In this document: piece by piece, positions 12,827 through 25,308 of the stretch
Numbering within the stretch: position 1 is the first letter of the stretch
Layout of the letters: each line of letters opens with the position of its first letter
NCBI RefSeq assembly: GCF_009914755.1
Contig: NC_060926.1
Source of the DNA: the human T2T-CHM13v2.0 reference genome, Homo sapiens
Direction: 5' to 3' (one strand)
DNA: 64,000 nucleotides
Made by a program: the position numbers and the translations under genes
Notes under the pieces: generated by a model
Told to the model about the DNA's origin: nothing
Database searches by the model: none
What the model saw: only the letters and a program-made list of their open reading frames with translations

Positions 12827-13992
12827 ATAAGCATGTATTTTATAATAAATAGATTTAAATATTGGTATATCTTAAGGAATTTGATAATTGTGTATCTCTC
12901 AGCTGGAATCTATATTTTTCACTCATTTCTAGATCCACAGACATCTGAGTGTATTTGCCTGAAATAACAAGGAGTCTTCAGTGAGATAACTCAATATAAC
13001 AGGTAACAGAAGGGGAAGTCAGGAAGACTAGGTTTGTCCAATTACTTTTATGATATCTAAAGAAAAATAAATCTGAATATAACATAATATCTTTCACTTG
13101 TCGTGTCCACTAGCTCCCAACTGCATGCTTAGGTCCTGAAATTGGCAGTGAGACTTAGAGGAAAACCTAAATACACTGTTTACATTAAAACATTTGTTAG
13201 CCCCTGTAGTGGAAGTAGTAAAGCAGTAAGAGAAATTGTGACCCAAAGCGACAAGAGAAGCCTTTGCTTCTGTGTGGACCACAACTTGGTTTAAGTGTCT
13301 TAAGGGCTGCAGAAAATCCAGGTCCATTTTGATGCCTTGCAAGCTACAGAATGTCAGAGATAGAGCTGTGTGGAAGAAGGCAGCTAGCAACATTAGCCAG
13401 ATACTTCCACCTAGTTCATTAGGTAAGCTATGTGTCAACAGTAGATACCAACCAAAAGGTTCACAGTAGGAGAGACAAAGTGATGGAGCACATCTGAGAT
13501 AGTCATTGGGAATGGTCAGGAATATTTGGGGAATAGAAGGTTCGTTCAAGACCCTTAGAGGATGTTGTTGCAATTGCATGAAAGGTAAGCCTAAAAACAT
13601 GACTTACATGACACACAGGAAAACTATTTCTTACTTCTCCTCTGAAGGTGTCAACTCTATTCTTATTGAACATTCAGCTTCTGCTTAAAAATCATTCGGC
13701 CAGCTCCTCTTCTCCTCCTTATCCAGCTCATGTTTTTGGTTACTGCAGGGATGTTAACTGGGGGGGAAAAAGGATGTAGAGTGTAAATATAGTCTTATAG
13801 TTAACCTTTTATGGTGCTCGTATTTGGGGAATGGACAGGGTAAGAATCATACCACTTTTGGCTAGTCAATATTTGGTTTACTACATTCAATTGTTTGAGA
13901 GATAATCTGATACATATTTACATTTATATTTTGTTTGGCAGCAGGGTTCTACAAATTAATATGCTTAAAAATTTTTTATTGAGCCTTTTGAC

Positions 13993-14834
13993 TATAAATG
14001 AAAAATAAAATTCTAAGCCCCCGAACTAACTGAATGGACCCCTCTTTTCAGCCAAGGACATTCCAAAGTTAACTGGAAACACCAGTTCAGGCCATGATGG
14101 AAATGGGTGGTTGGGTATGCATACCCTCTGCCCTTTGAAATTCCCACACAACTGACCAGCATTAATATTAAAGCACAGACCTTTGGACTGACGAGACAGA
14201 CTTTTTGTAGCAATAAGATACCAACATGACAGATACCAGGCCCTGAAAAAAAATGAAGCAGTTTATCCCCAAATATATTTCTTTGACATGTTTTGAAATG
14301 GCCCTGCAAACATTCTCTTGTGGAAAAAATCTACATTCTGTAGAGAATCCCCTTCCCTTTCCAAGTCTTTTTCCTGATCCAGAAGAGAATTAACTAAGAA
14401 TCTGGCATCTTTTTAAGTCTGATAAGAAACATTTAAAGTCTATTCTCTCTGAAGCCTGCTACCTGGAGGCTCCATCAGTAAACTAATACCCTTGGTCTCC
14501 ACAACCCCTTATCTTAACCCAGATATTCCTTTCTGCTGATTCCAGGTCTTTAGATAAACTCAGAAAATCTTTGAATCCACCTATGACCTGGAACTCCCCC
14601 CTCCTACCCCCCTTTCAAGCTGTCGGGCCTTTCCAGACTGAACCAATGTACATTTTACAAGTATCGATTGACGTCTTCTGTCTCCCTAAAACATACGAAA
14701 CCAAACTGTAGCCCAACCATCCTGGGCACATGTTCTCAGGACCTCCTGAGGCTGTATCCCGGGCATGTCCTTAACCTTGGCAAAAGAAACTTCTAAATTG
14801 ATTGAGACTTATCTCAGATACTTTTTGGTTTACA
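13993..14834 (+). mobile_element. MER4-family ERV1 solo LTR
   Basis: aaaataaaattctaagccccc..actgaatggaccc start, ...tctcagatactttttggtttaca end; 4-bp TSD tgac at 13989-13992 and 14835-14838. Confidence 0.88.
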
Positions 14835-15999
14835 TGACATATTGATATGACATTTTAAATTATTTTTAATATTCTAATTCTTCATTTATATAGACAATGA
14901 AGAATTATGTCATTTGGATGATTAAGTTTATACTTTGTAATGATCTTATATGTAAAGAATGCAGAGGACATAGATACTTGGTCTGATTGTTTATCTAATG
15001 GGCTTGGAATTCCATTTACCTGAATTCTATTATTTTCAAAATTATTAATTTCAAAATTTCTATGTCAGGAACTGCTTAGCTGTTTAGAGATTGTAAGTTT
15101 ATGAGTGCAAATGGCCTCCTGATTTTTACAGAACAAAAATACTAGCTCTTCTTTGGCAGGCAAAACACGTTCACTGATATGATCTCCTTATCTCACTTTA
15201 AATAACAAAAATTGGCTTTTTCTGAATGTTTTGTCTATGCATCATCTTTAACATTTTAATTGATTTGAAATGATCTTGGCCTTGTAAAGTATGCTTACTA
15301 AATGGTTGGGTTTTTCTTTTTCTTTTTAACCAGTGTAAGCATTTTATAGCACCCAGTTCTTTGAAAAGCAGAACGCATGCCATACCTACAAGTTGGCATA
15401 CAGCCAAGAAAGTCCTTTTGTGTGCGTGTATTTGTGGTGAATCATTCATAGCCTGTAAGATCTATCAAAATAGCTTTGTTTGAAAACCTAGTTTTCCCCA
15501 TATTTTTTTTCTGATGACTCACACTTCACTGCTTTCATGTCTAGATTCTCTTTTCTTTCTTGTTTCTCATCATGTTCATTCAGAAGATGTTCTTTCACTA
15601 GTTCCAAAATTTGTATTTCTATATTCTGTCAGTTTTCATCTTGAAACATACACACAGCAATATGCTCTGAATCATAAAATTCTGCATTAAATCCCAACAC
15701 TTAAAAAAAACACATATTCTCAATATAGGTTTACCTGCTCCTGTTGCCATTTTTATTTAGTACAAATTTATTAACATTTAAAAATCATTGGCACTTATGA
15801 AACTTGAAACTTTATTTTACTGTTAGGAAGATTTTGGCTGCAAGAAATATAAAAACCAATGCTAAGTGGTTTAAATCATAAGAACACTTAACACTTCATG
15901 GATGAATATGAAAATATGGTGGTTCAGGATTAGTTGAATTAGTAGTTCAATAATGGCCTCAAAGACTCAGGATCTTCCTATCTTTCTCTTTTGCCATTC

Positions 16000-16870
16000 T
16001 TTTAAATCGATTTTATTAAGGCATAATTTATATATAATTCAATTTTAAGTGTATAACTAGAGGAATTTTGACAAATGTATAATAATGTATCTATTACCAC
16101 AGTAAAGAAATTTAACATTTGCAACGTTTCAGCTCCTTGCAGTCAATCCCAGCTCTTCGATTTCGAATAAATTATTATATTATATATACTCCTTTGTGTC
16201 TTCTTTTACATAGCATTGTGTTTTTGATATTCATCCAGCTTGTTGACTGTATTGGTGCTTTGCTCCTTTTTATTGCTGAGTGATAGTTCATTGTACAGTA
16301 GATATAGTATAATTTGCTTATTCATTCACCAGTTGATGGAAATTTATTTCCAGTTTTGGCTATCACATATGAAGCTGCTCTAAAGATTCCCCTACAAGTC
16401 TTTGTGTGGATACAGGTTTAGATTTATCTTGGGTAAATATGCGAATGCTGGGTTGTATGTTAATTATATGTTTGACACTATAAGAACCTGCCAAACTGTT
16501 TTCCAGAGTGGCTGTACCATCAACAGCAATATAAGAGAGTTCCAAGTTGTTCCAAATCCTTGGTAACTTATTAGTATTTTTTGAAAAGCAAAAGTTTTTC
16601 ATTTTGATGAAGTTAAATTGTCAATTTCTTCTTTTAGGTTTCCAGCTTTTAAATTTTTTATACTTTATAAGTGCACACATTTAAAGATTATATAGAGTTT
16701 CTGCTAGGTTTTCTCTAAAAAGTTTGAGATTTAGATCTTGTATTTAGATTTAGCTGTATGATCAGTTTCAAGTAAATTTTTACATGGGGTGTGAATTAAG
16801 GGTTGAGGTTTCTTTCTTTCTTCTTTTTTTTGTATATATGGATGTCTAGCTGTTCTAACATTTGTTGAAT
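16000..16870 (-). mobile_element. Old L1M 3' region, inside an MLT1-like fragment
   Basis: ttcattcaccagttgatgga, agaacctgccaaactgttttccagagtggctgtacc and other antisense L1 motifs. Confidence 0.8.
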
Positions 16871-17079
16871 ATTCTGCCATTCCTGGGGCTTTAGATTAGT
16901 ACTTTTTCCCATCTTTGTGGTCACACGATGACTGCAGCCATTTTAACCATCACATCAGAGACTATCTCTTCCAAGAATGTGTCCAGCAAACTTCTTTTCA
17001 CCTCGTTACCTAGACTCAGCACATGCTTATTTTGTACTGTCTAAACCAATCATGGGAATTGGAATGGGGCCAGCATGGT

Positions 17080-18030
17080 TCATTTATTCATTGAAGAAGG
17101 AAATGGTTGCCCATATCCTTTCTAGGGGTTGGGGATACAGTAGTGACGAAAACAGGCAAAAATGTTGCCTGACCTCATGAAACATACAATTTACTGAAAA
17201 AGATTGTCTTTTGTCAAAATAAATAATAAACTGTATAATATATTGCTGTATAGCAGTAGGTACTGGGAAAAATACAGGGAAAGAGGCTACGAAATATTGT
17301 GGGTGAGCTGAAATTTCAGATAGGATGTTTAGGAAAGGTCTCACTGAACTGACTTTTAAATAAAGACCTGAAGGAAGTGATGGAGCAGTCTATACGGATA
17401 CCAGGTTGGAGAGTGGTCCAGGTGGCAGTAAATGCGAAAAGTTCTTGAGAACAGCAGGCCACTGTGGTTGAAGAGAGTAATAGGACATTGGGGAGTGGGA
17501 GTGCATAATAGGTAGATCAGTGTTCTTTTCAACGACTGGCAATTTTGGCAAAATTTCGTCATGTTGGGGGATATTTTGGTTGTTAACTTGTGTGGGAGGG
17601 AGTGCTGAGGAGACCAGGGATACTGCTAAATATCCTACAATGCACAGGACAGCCTATCTCTCAATCCTCCTCCTTCTCCCAAACCCCCAACAAAGAATTA
17701 TCCAGGCTGACTGTCAATAGTGCCCAGGTTGAGAAATGCTGTTTAAAGTCATAGCGAAGACTGGCTAATTGTGAGTAAATTGGAATAACACTGAATTGTT
17801 TTAAGCTCAGTAATTATTTAAGCGTTAAGGATCATGTGGCTGCTTGCTGTGAACAGACTAAAGGGATAAGAGGGTATAAAACATTTAGGAGGGTAATACA
17901 ATTACCTAGAGAAAAAATATGGTTTGGGCCAGAATGCAGGTAAGGGTGCTAAGTGATAGATGCTGGATGTATTTTGAAGGTTGAGCCAACAGGATTTACT
18001 AACACTGGATACATGCCTGTAGGGAGAGGA
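17080..18030. mobile_element. L2 fragment with nested MER20 (~17525-17742)
   Basis: catttattcattgaag L2 terminus; MER20 motif tgctaaatatcctacaatgcacaggacagcc..aagaattatcc..aatagtgcccaggttgagaaa. Confidence 0.7.
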
Positions 18031-18529
18031 ACCACCTACAAGTAATCTGCTGTGGCTGCTACTGGAGTTGTTTCTTCTCAAAAGGGAGCCGGGGAAGTGG
18101 TGGAAAGCTAAACAAATTTGGAAAGGAGGAAAGAGTACCCAATATGGATATTAGGATTATTATGCATCTGTTACATAAATATCTGTAATTATGCATCTGT
18201 TATATAAATATCTTAAGAAAATAAGAAAGGACACTGTTGGACCAGTGAATGACTAAGGGCACAATTATTCTATGGACTGTTTCTTTAAAAATACTTTTTT
18301 GTTTGTTTTTAGAAACGTCTTCTCATGCCATCTTTCATTTTGGTGACAGTCTGAAAGATGTAGGGAGCCCCAATTCCTTATTCTATCAAAGTCATTAAAG
18401 GGCTCTAATTTTCCTTTCAGTATTTGTATCCCAACCAATTATTGGTGGTTACTATGTAGAATGCTGACGTATTAATAATCTTTGTCTAAGCATTTGTTTG
18501 GTTTAGTCTAAAATATAAGCTTACTATGA

Positions 18530-18833
<304 letters not shown>

Positions 18834-19219
18834 ACTATGAGTCTTTATGTATTAGAAAACTGCTTAATAAAGTCCTCACCTTATTGTCATAATCTTATAA
18901 CCAATAACCTTATAATCTAACAACAAGGGTTATTTCCATTTCACAGACAAAAAAACCTGAAGTTTGTTAATTACGGTGTTAAATTATCCTACGATTAATG
19001 GCAGAAATAGGTCCTGAACCAATATGCCTTTGAGAACTTAAACGCGGTGAGTTACATACAGGCCCTCCTAACTGGAGTCTTCGCTAGTACCAATAGTTAG
19101 TTGCTCGGCGAGAGCTCGGTAAGGACTAGCCATTTGGAAGCTCGTAGTACTCAGGTTGTGGTACAGGAGATCTAACACTCCTACACAAATGCATGTCGTG
19201 CTTATTTCGTACCAAACTG

Positions 19220-20210
19220 GTCTGGCGGCGGTTCTTCGTCCAGACGCTGGCGGGCCAGGGTGGAGGTAGTAACACAGCTCCCATTCCCCATGTAGCCGCG
19301 CCCTCTCCTTCCCCTGGGCGTCTCCGGGGCGTGGACAGGCCGCTGAAAGGAACCGGCTGCGGCCTGTGTGAGGCTCCGCGGGCCGCTGCACTGCGAGGCC
19401 GACGCAGCTGGAGAGAAGTTAGGCAGGTCCTAGGGAGGGCAGGCTCGAGTGCTGGGCCCGCCTCCCCGCGGGACTGTAGGCCCGGGGGCTCCGCCTCGTC
19501 GCAGCGGCAGGTAGGAGGCGGTGCGCGCGGCCCGGCGACGGGGGATCCTGAGGCCCGGTCAGTCTCTTGCTCTGGGGTCTTGGGTGGCGGGCGGCACCTC
19601 CGCTTGCAGTGCCGGAGCCGCGGCCCCGCTCGGAAAAGGGCTGCCGTCGGAGTTAGATGCCGGGGACTCCGGGCCGTCCCAGCCCCCGGGCCTCAGCTCC
19701 GGCCCGGGCAGAGTCGCTGCTTCCGCGTTTGGTTCTTTTTTCCCCGCTGGGAGTGAGAACAAGGCGTCCCCTTCTACTCACGTTTGCCAAAAGCGGGTCC
19801 GACGTGTTAGCGGAAAAGTGGGTGGAGTTTCTCTTTTTGCCGGTGCAGAGAGAACTTGTGGCGGGAAGTTGGGGCGCGGGGTTGGCCGTAGGTCCCCGGC
19901 GTGCTAAGGGCGGACGGACCAGGCGGCTGGGCCGCGCTGCTTCTCGTTACCTTCCGCAGGGTCAGGGGCCGCGGCGGGGTTGGAGGTCAGCCCAGGCACA
20001 TGTTAACCCCTGGGTACCAGTTTGCTCGGAAACTCGTGTTGAGGACTCATCTTAGCCCTGGGAAGGTACCCAGAAGCCGAAGGGACACCCCTGACAGGGA
20101 CGGGCCCTGAGAGGCTGTCGTTTCCCTTGGCAGATGAACTCGGGACTCGCCCCCAGGATGTACATTTCGTAGAGTCTCCCTTACCGCCTCAAGCCCTGAG
20201 GCCGCTGCCT
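19220..20210. promoter_or_regulatory. VRK2: CpG-island promoter of VRK2
   Basis: Abrupt switch to very GC- and CpG-rich sequence in an otherwise AT-rich, CpG-depleted window, 1.3-2.3 kb upstream of the start codon; no obvious TATA box. Confidence 0.93.
19380..19510 (+). other. VRK2: VRK2 non-coding exon 1 (5' end approximate)
   Basis: Donor CAG|GTAGGA at 19510/19511 in the CpG island; ATG-free leader. The TSS cannot be fixed from sequence. Confidence 0.7.
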
Positions 20211-21520
20211 TGCCCCAAAGTGTATTTATCTTTTTTATAATTATTTAGAATTTATTCCTTAATCAGTAGTTTACACTTTGGAGACTTTAAGTTTTAAATC
20301 AGTAAATCTGTAATAGGCACCAGCCTATATAATGTACTGGTCAAGGGAAACCTCCACAAAAACTTTTCCTGCTTTATGATACAATCAATGCTCTAGGCAT
20401 AGTTCACCATCCAAATTCCCAGCCCTTGTGTGCCTATCAGGAGGAAGGTGAATATTGTTAAAGATACACGCAGCGACTCTACCTGGGACAATACTGCTAA
20501 GTAAAAAAGCAGTTAAGTGAAGGAGGAAAAACCCGTTAAAGGAAAAACAGATACTTTCTTTTATGGAAGCTAGGAAGATTATATTAAGAAAACTTTACAT
20601 TTACGTATATACGTTTTTAATTAACTTTCATGTCAGAAACTCTTAATAGTTTTAAATACTTAGAGGATCATGGTTACCTTCACATTTAAATTATTTTCAG
20701 GCATGTATGCTGGCATATGTATTTTCCCCTAAGAAATTTTCTCTTTTAACTCAGAATTTCCCATTGAGAAATTTGCTAACCTATGTACAATTATAATTAG
20801 TTGATTAAAGTTGCATGGCTGTGCTGTGGAGATTATGCTTTTGTTGTTGGTGGCACAGTTGTAATCTCTAAGGCAGGACTGTTTTCACTGTGATAAACTG
20901 AGAAAGAGGGTAAGAAGACAAAATGCTGAGAATATTTTGGCAGCCCGAGAACTGATGGCCTAGTATTCTGCTAAGTTACATATCCGTGAAAATCCCTGGC
21001 TCATTTAACAAATGTTTACTGAGTACCTAGTATCACGGTGGTGAGATGTCCATTGCCATTGTCTGTGTCTTCCCAATCCAATCCTGTGTTCTTTTCTAGT
21101 GACTGAAGACCTTCTCACTTTTAACATTTTACATTCTCAGTGACAGCAATATTTCCATGTACATGAAATTTATTTTCTTTCTTCATTGGAAATTGTTAAT
21201 TTCGTGTTTCTTAAGGTGTATCCTGCACTGTTAATATGTGCTATAGAACCCCGAAATGAATTTTGGATGAAATTTGGTTAGTTTGCTTCTGTTTTTTTAA
21301 AATATCTATACCTCTTAGATCTCAGTATTGTAATGTATGTGAATTTCTAATTTGAATATAATGTGTGGGCTTTTCCAAACTGAATTAACTTTAGAATCCT
21401 AATTTCTGGGAACCTGGGAAAGTTCCCTATTGAAGACATTTTGGGAAGTGTATTTTAAGAGTTTTGTTTGTTTGTTTTTCTTTTTACCCATTTATCTCAC
21501 CCCTTCTGCCAACAGAAGTG

Positions 21521-21656
21521 ATGCCACCAAAAAGAAATGAAAAATACAAACTTCCTATTCCATTTCCAGAAGGCAAGGTTCTGGATGATATGGAAGGCAA
21601 TCAGTGGGTACTGGGCAAGAAGATTGGCTCTGGAGGATTTGGATTGATATATTTAG
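21521..21656 (+). CDS. VRK2: VRK2 first coding exon (exon 2), codons 1-45 plus 1 nt
   Basis: Translates [45 protein letters not shown] with the kinase Gly-rich loop GSGGFG. Acceptor ccttctgccaacag ends 21515 (5 nt UTR aagtg before ATG); donor AG|GTAAAG at 21656/21657. Confidence 0.98.
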
Positions 21657-22770
21657 GTAAAGTAAAACCTTAAATTAACAATTATTCTTATATCTGTGAC
21701 TGTAACCGTGATTACTTAGTGGTATTTTAAGAATGGAAATATGGAATTCATATGTGTACTTTATTAAAATTCATGATTGTACTCGATTAAGTAATAATAG
21801 AGTACAGTGTCTAGGTTCAAGACATCACTGACCAACTCCTTGTTGTCCATGTTTTTCTGAGTAAATCTTAGAAGTCTTTTTAGAGCATAATTATACAATC
21901 TGCCAGACAAAATGCTAACTTTCTTTTTTTTTGAGAGCTTGTTTTCTTAGAAACATGCTTTTTTCAGATGAGAAACCACAACTGTATAGATAAAAACACT
22001 TTCTGTTTGTGAATCTTAATCAATATTTAGGCAATACAAGAGTCTAGTCATTTCTTAATTGGGCTCTACTGGAGAATTCATAGATAAAACTTAAGGCATC
22101 TATTCTGTGAAATGAATTAACTTCTCTCTCGTGCATCTAGAGTGGTCCCTAGGGATGTGCCATTCTTGGGATAATTGAAAAAATAAACACTCAAAATTAT
22201 TTTCTGTGATCTGTGGTACAGGTAAGGAACCATGGGCTGGATAGGCCTTTACATTGCATTTAAGCATTTAAAAATTACACTGAACTTTAATGGATCATTG
22301 AGTTGGAATGAGGAGGGGATATCCATTAAAAGATTGATTAATAAAATAAGGAAAATAGTAGTGATTTTTAAAAATATACCCTCAAGGATAAATTCTCCTA
22401 AATGTACTCACTTGAGACTTGAGATCACATCTATTTCTATAGGAGATTAAGGAGTTGATAAAATACCTCCGTTGAGGGAATCTTGGGTTCTCATCACATA
22501 TTTCCAGAAAAACATGCTTCATGGATCCTGAAATATAAAAGATCCTCTTCTGATAAAATTAAGATTGTAGTTTTGAATGAATGAATGAATGAAGTTTGGT
22601 CAATAAATATCTGCTTATTAAATACTTAAGTGTCTATTCTAGTTGGAAAGACAAGATCAGCACAAAAAATTGTATGAGTCAAGTAAAGGACCCATTTAAA
22701 GGGTTTGAACTTGCTTGAAATTGCTTGAAAAAATACTATGGTTATTAAGTGCTAGATTGAATGACATAGT

Positions 22771-23058
22771 CAACACTGTTCAATAGAAATGTAATACAAG
22801 TTACATATGTAGTTTAAAATTTTCTAGGAGCCACATTAAAATACGTTAAAAGAAACAGGTGAAATTATTTTAATAATATTTAATCTAGTATATCAAAAAT
22901 ATTATTTCAATATGCTCTCAACATAAACAAATGAAATATTTTACTTTTTTAAATGAAAGTCTTCAAAATCCAAGGTGTATCTAGTCTCAAGAGCCCAGTT
23001 AGCCCATGTGGCTCATATGCTCAGTAACTACATGTGGCTGCTGTATAGAATAGTGCAA
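22771..23058. mobile_element. MER33-like hAT-Charlie element
   Basis: actgttcaatagaaat..aattttctaggagccacattaaaa..aaagaaacaggtgaaatta motifs. Confidence 0.75.
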
Positions 23059-23375
23059 ATAAAGACTATGTGAGGATAAGTATTGTTTGAAACTTGAACT
23101 TAGTGAATTCTCTTTTACAGCAAAGAGTTAAGATCTCTAGTATACTGTCTTGACTCAAGGTTGAGATATAGTGTTGAATAAATTATTTCTGATGTGGCTG
23201 AGCTATAGCCTTGAATTCCATAGCTTATCACTTTTGGTTTTCTAATATTTGTATTATTTGAGTAATTTCAAAGAACTAGAGAAAAGTATTGATGTGTTGA
23301 TTTTATCTCTTTGATTTTCTTGAAATGTAAATATTATATGTATTTAAATTCAAGTGAATGTTTAAGATTAAATAG

Positions 23376-23858
<483 letters not shown>

Positions 23859-25019
23859 TAATACTGTTTGTTTTACAATATATTTTCAGGGTTCAATATG
23901 TAAGGGAACATTCTCTAGTATCTGAACTTTAGAACCTGGACCCTACCTAGGAAGATTAGCAAGTACACACCACTGAGGAAGGACTTTAAAGAAATATTTA
24001 GCTATTTTCAGAAAAAAGGCTCCAGTACTTCAGAATTTATAATAAAGATGTGTGTTCCAAATGTTGTAACTGTTCCATTAAAAGTGATGCTAATGAATCA
24101 TAGAATCAGTTTAATTTCACTAAACTTAGTTTTTACTATTTTCAAAGCTATACAAACAAATCAATATGAAATTACATCATGTTTTTGCATTTTATCATGG
24201 TTCTCATCACTTCCTCTATATAAATGAAGAGAAGAAGCAGTAAAATTCAAATTTTCCTGAATACTTTTGTGTCCAGTGACATTCATTTCGATTCTTTCCA
24301 GATACCCTCTTTCAGCAGACACTTGATCAGCGTTTACTGCCTAAGGCTGAGAAGAAACTAGCTGCTCTGTCTAGCTCATTGTACATGTACAACTGTCCTC
24401 TAGCTTTGAGATCAGTAGCCAGGGCCTTTCGGTAATCAGCAGCTTACAGTTAAGGGGAAGGGGCAGAGAAGTTTGGTATTTACTCTTGACTTGGAGAAAT
24501 AATGTGCCTCTAGCATTAATAAGAAATAGCTAAAAGAGTGAAAAGAAAAGTCTGAATACAAGAACAAAGTCAAAGTTCTTTCTTTGAATATGAAAAGAGA
24601 AGGGGAGGAAAAAGGAAGAAAGGAAACTGGTTTAGGGGATGGGAAAAATTGCTGTCATTTTAGTATCAAATGAATGAAAAAGTTTTTTAAATATCAGGAA
24701 GGAGAGAAAACTGAGGGTTAGAATTTTACTATAATGCTGGGTATAACACAGAACCAAGTAAATTACGGGAGAATTGCATAAATAATAGCAGAGGTTTTGG
24801 CATTAGGCATATCTGACCTGAATCCTGACCTGATGAAGCCACTTATTCATCTAGTTACTTAATCCTTTGGGTTGTTTCTATTCTGCATAATTGTGATAAT
24901 AATAATTGTGAGGAGAATTAAATGAGATTTTTTTAAGGAACTTGGTAAGCATTTAATAAATGTAATTTAGTTATTTATTTCCATAGACTTTCCCATTCTT
25001 AATACTGGTGCCATAGTGG

Positions 25020-25308
25020 GGCCAGGCACAGTGGCTCATGCCAGTAATCCTAGCACTTTGGAAGGCCCAGGCGGGTGGATTGCCTGAGCTCCATCCAGCC
25101 TGGGCAACTTGGTGAAACCCCATCTCTACTAAAACACAAAAAATTAGCTGGTTGTGGTAATGTGTGTGTGTAGTCCCAGTACTCAGGAGGCTGTGGCATG
25201 AGAATTGCTTGAACCTGGGAGGAGGAGGTTGCAGTGAGCCAAGATTGCACCACTGCATTCTAGCTTAGGTGACGGAGTGAGACTGTCTCAAAAAAAAAAA
25301 AAAAAAAA
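25020..25308 (+). mobile_element. Alu with a small left-arm (B-box) deletion
   Basis: ggccaggcacagtggctca..., poly-A, TSD tgccatagtgg at 25009-25019 and 25312-25322. Confidence 0.93.

Noticed and set aside
13200-13590. Plus-strand exon ending at AG|GTAAGC (13422 or 13584)
   Set aside because: Good donors, but no convincing polypyrimidine acceptor upstream.
19068-20110. Overlapping long ORFs (up to 187 aa) on both strands
   Set aside because: They result from stop-codon scarcity in the GC-rich CpG island; low-complexity Arg/Gly/Pro/Ala translations with no recognisable domain.
21100-21276. Small cryptic UTR exon(s) in intron 1 (AG at 21099 or 21215, donor TTG|GTTAGT at 21276)
   Set aside because: Splice signals are only moderate and such pairs are frequent by chance; needs RNA evidence.
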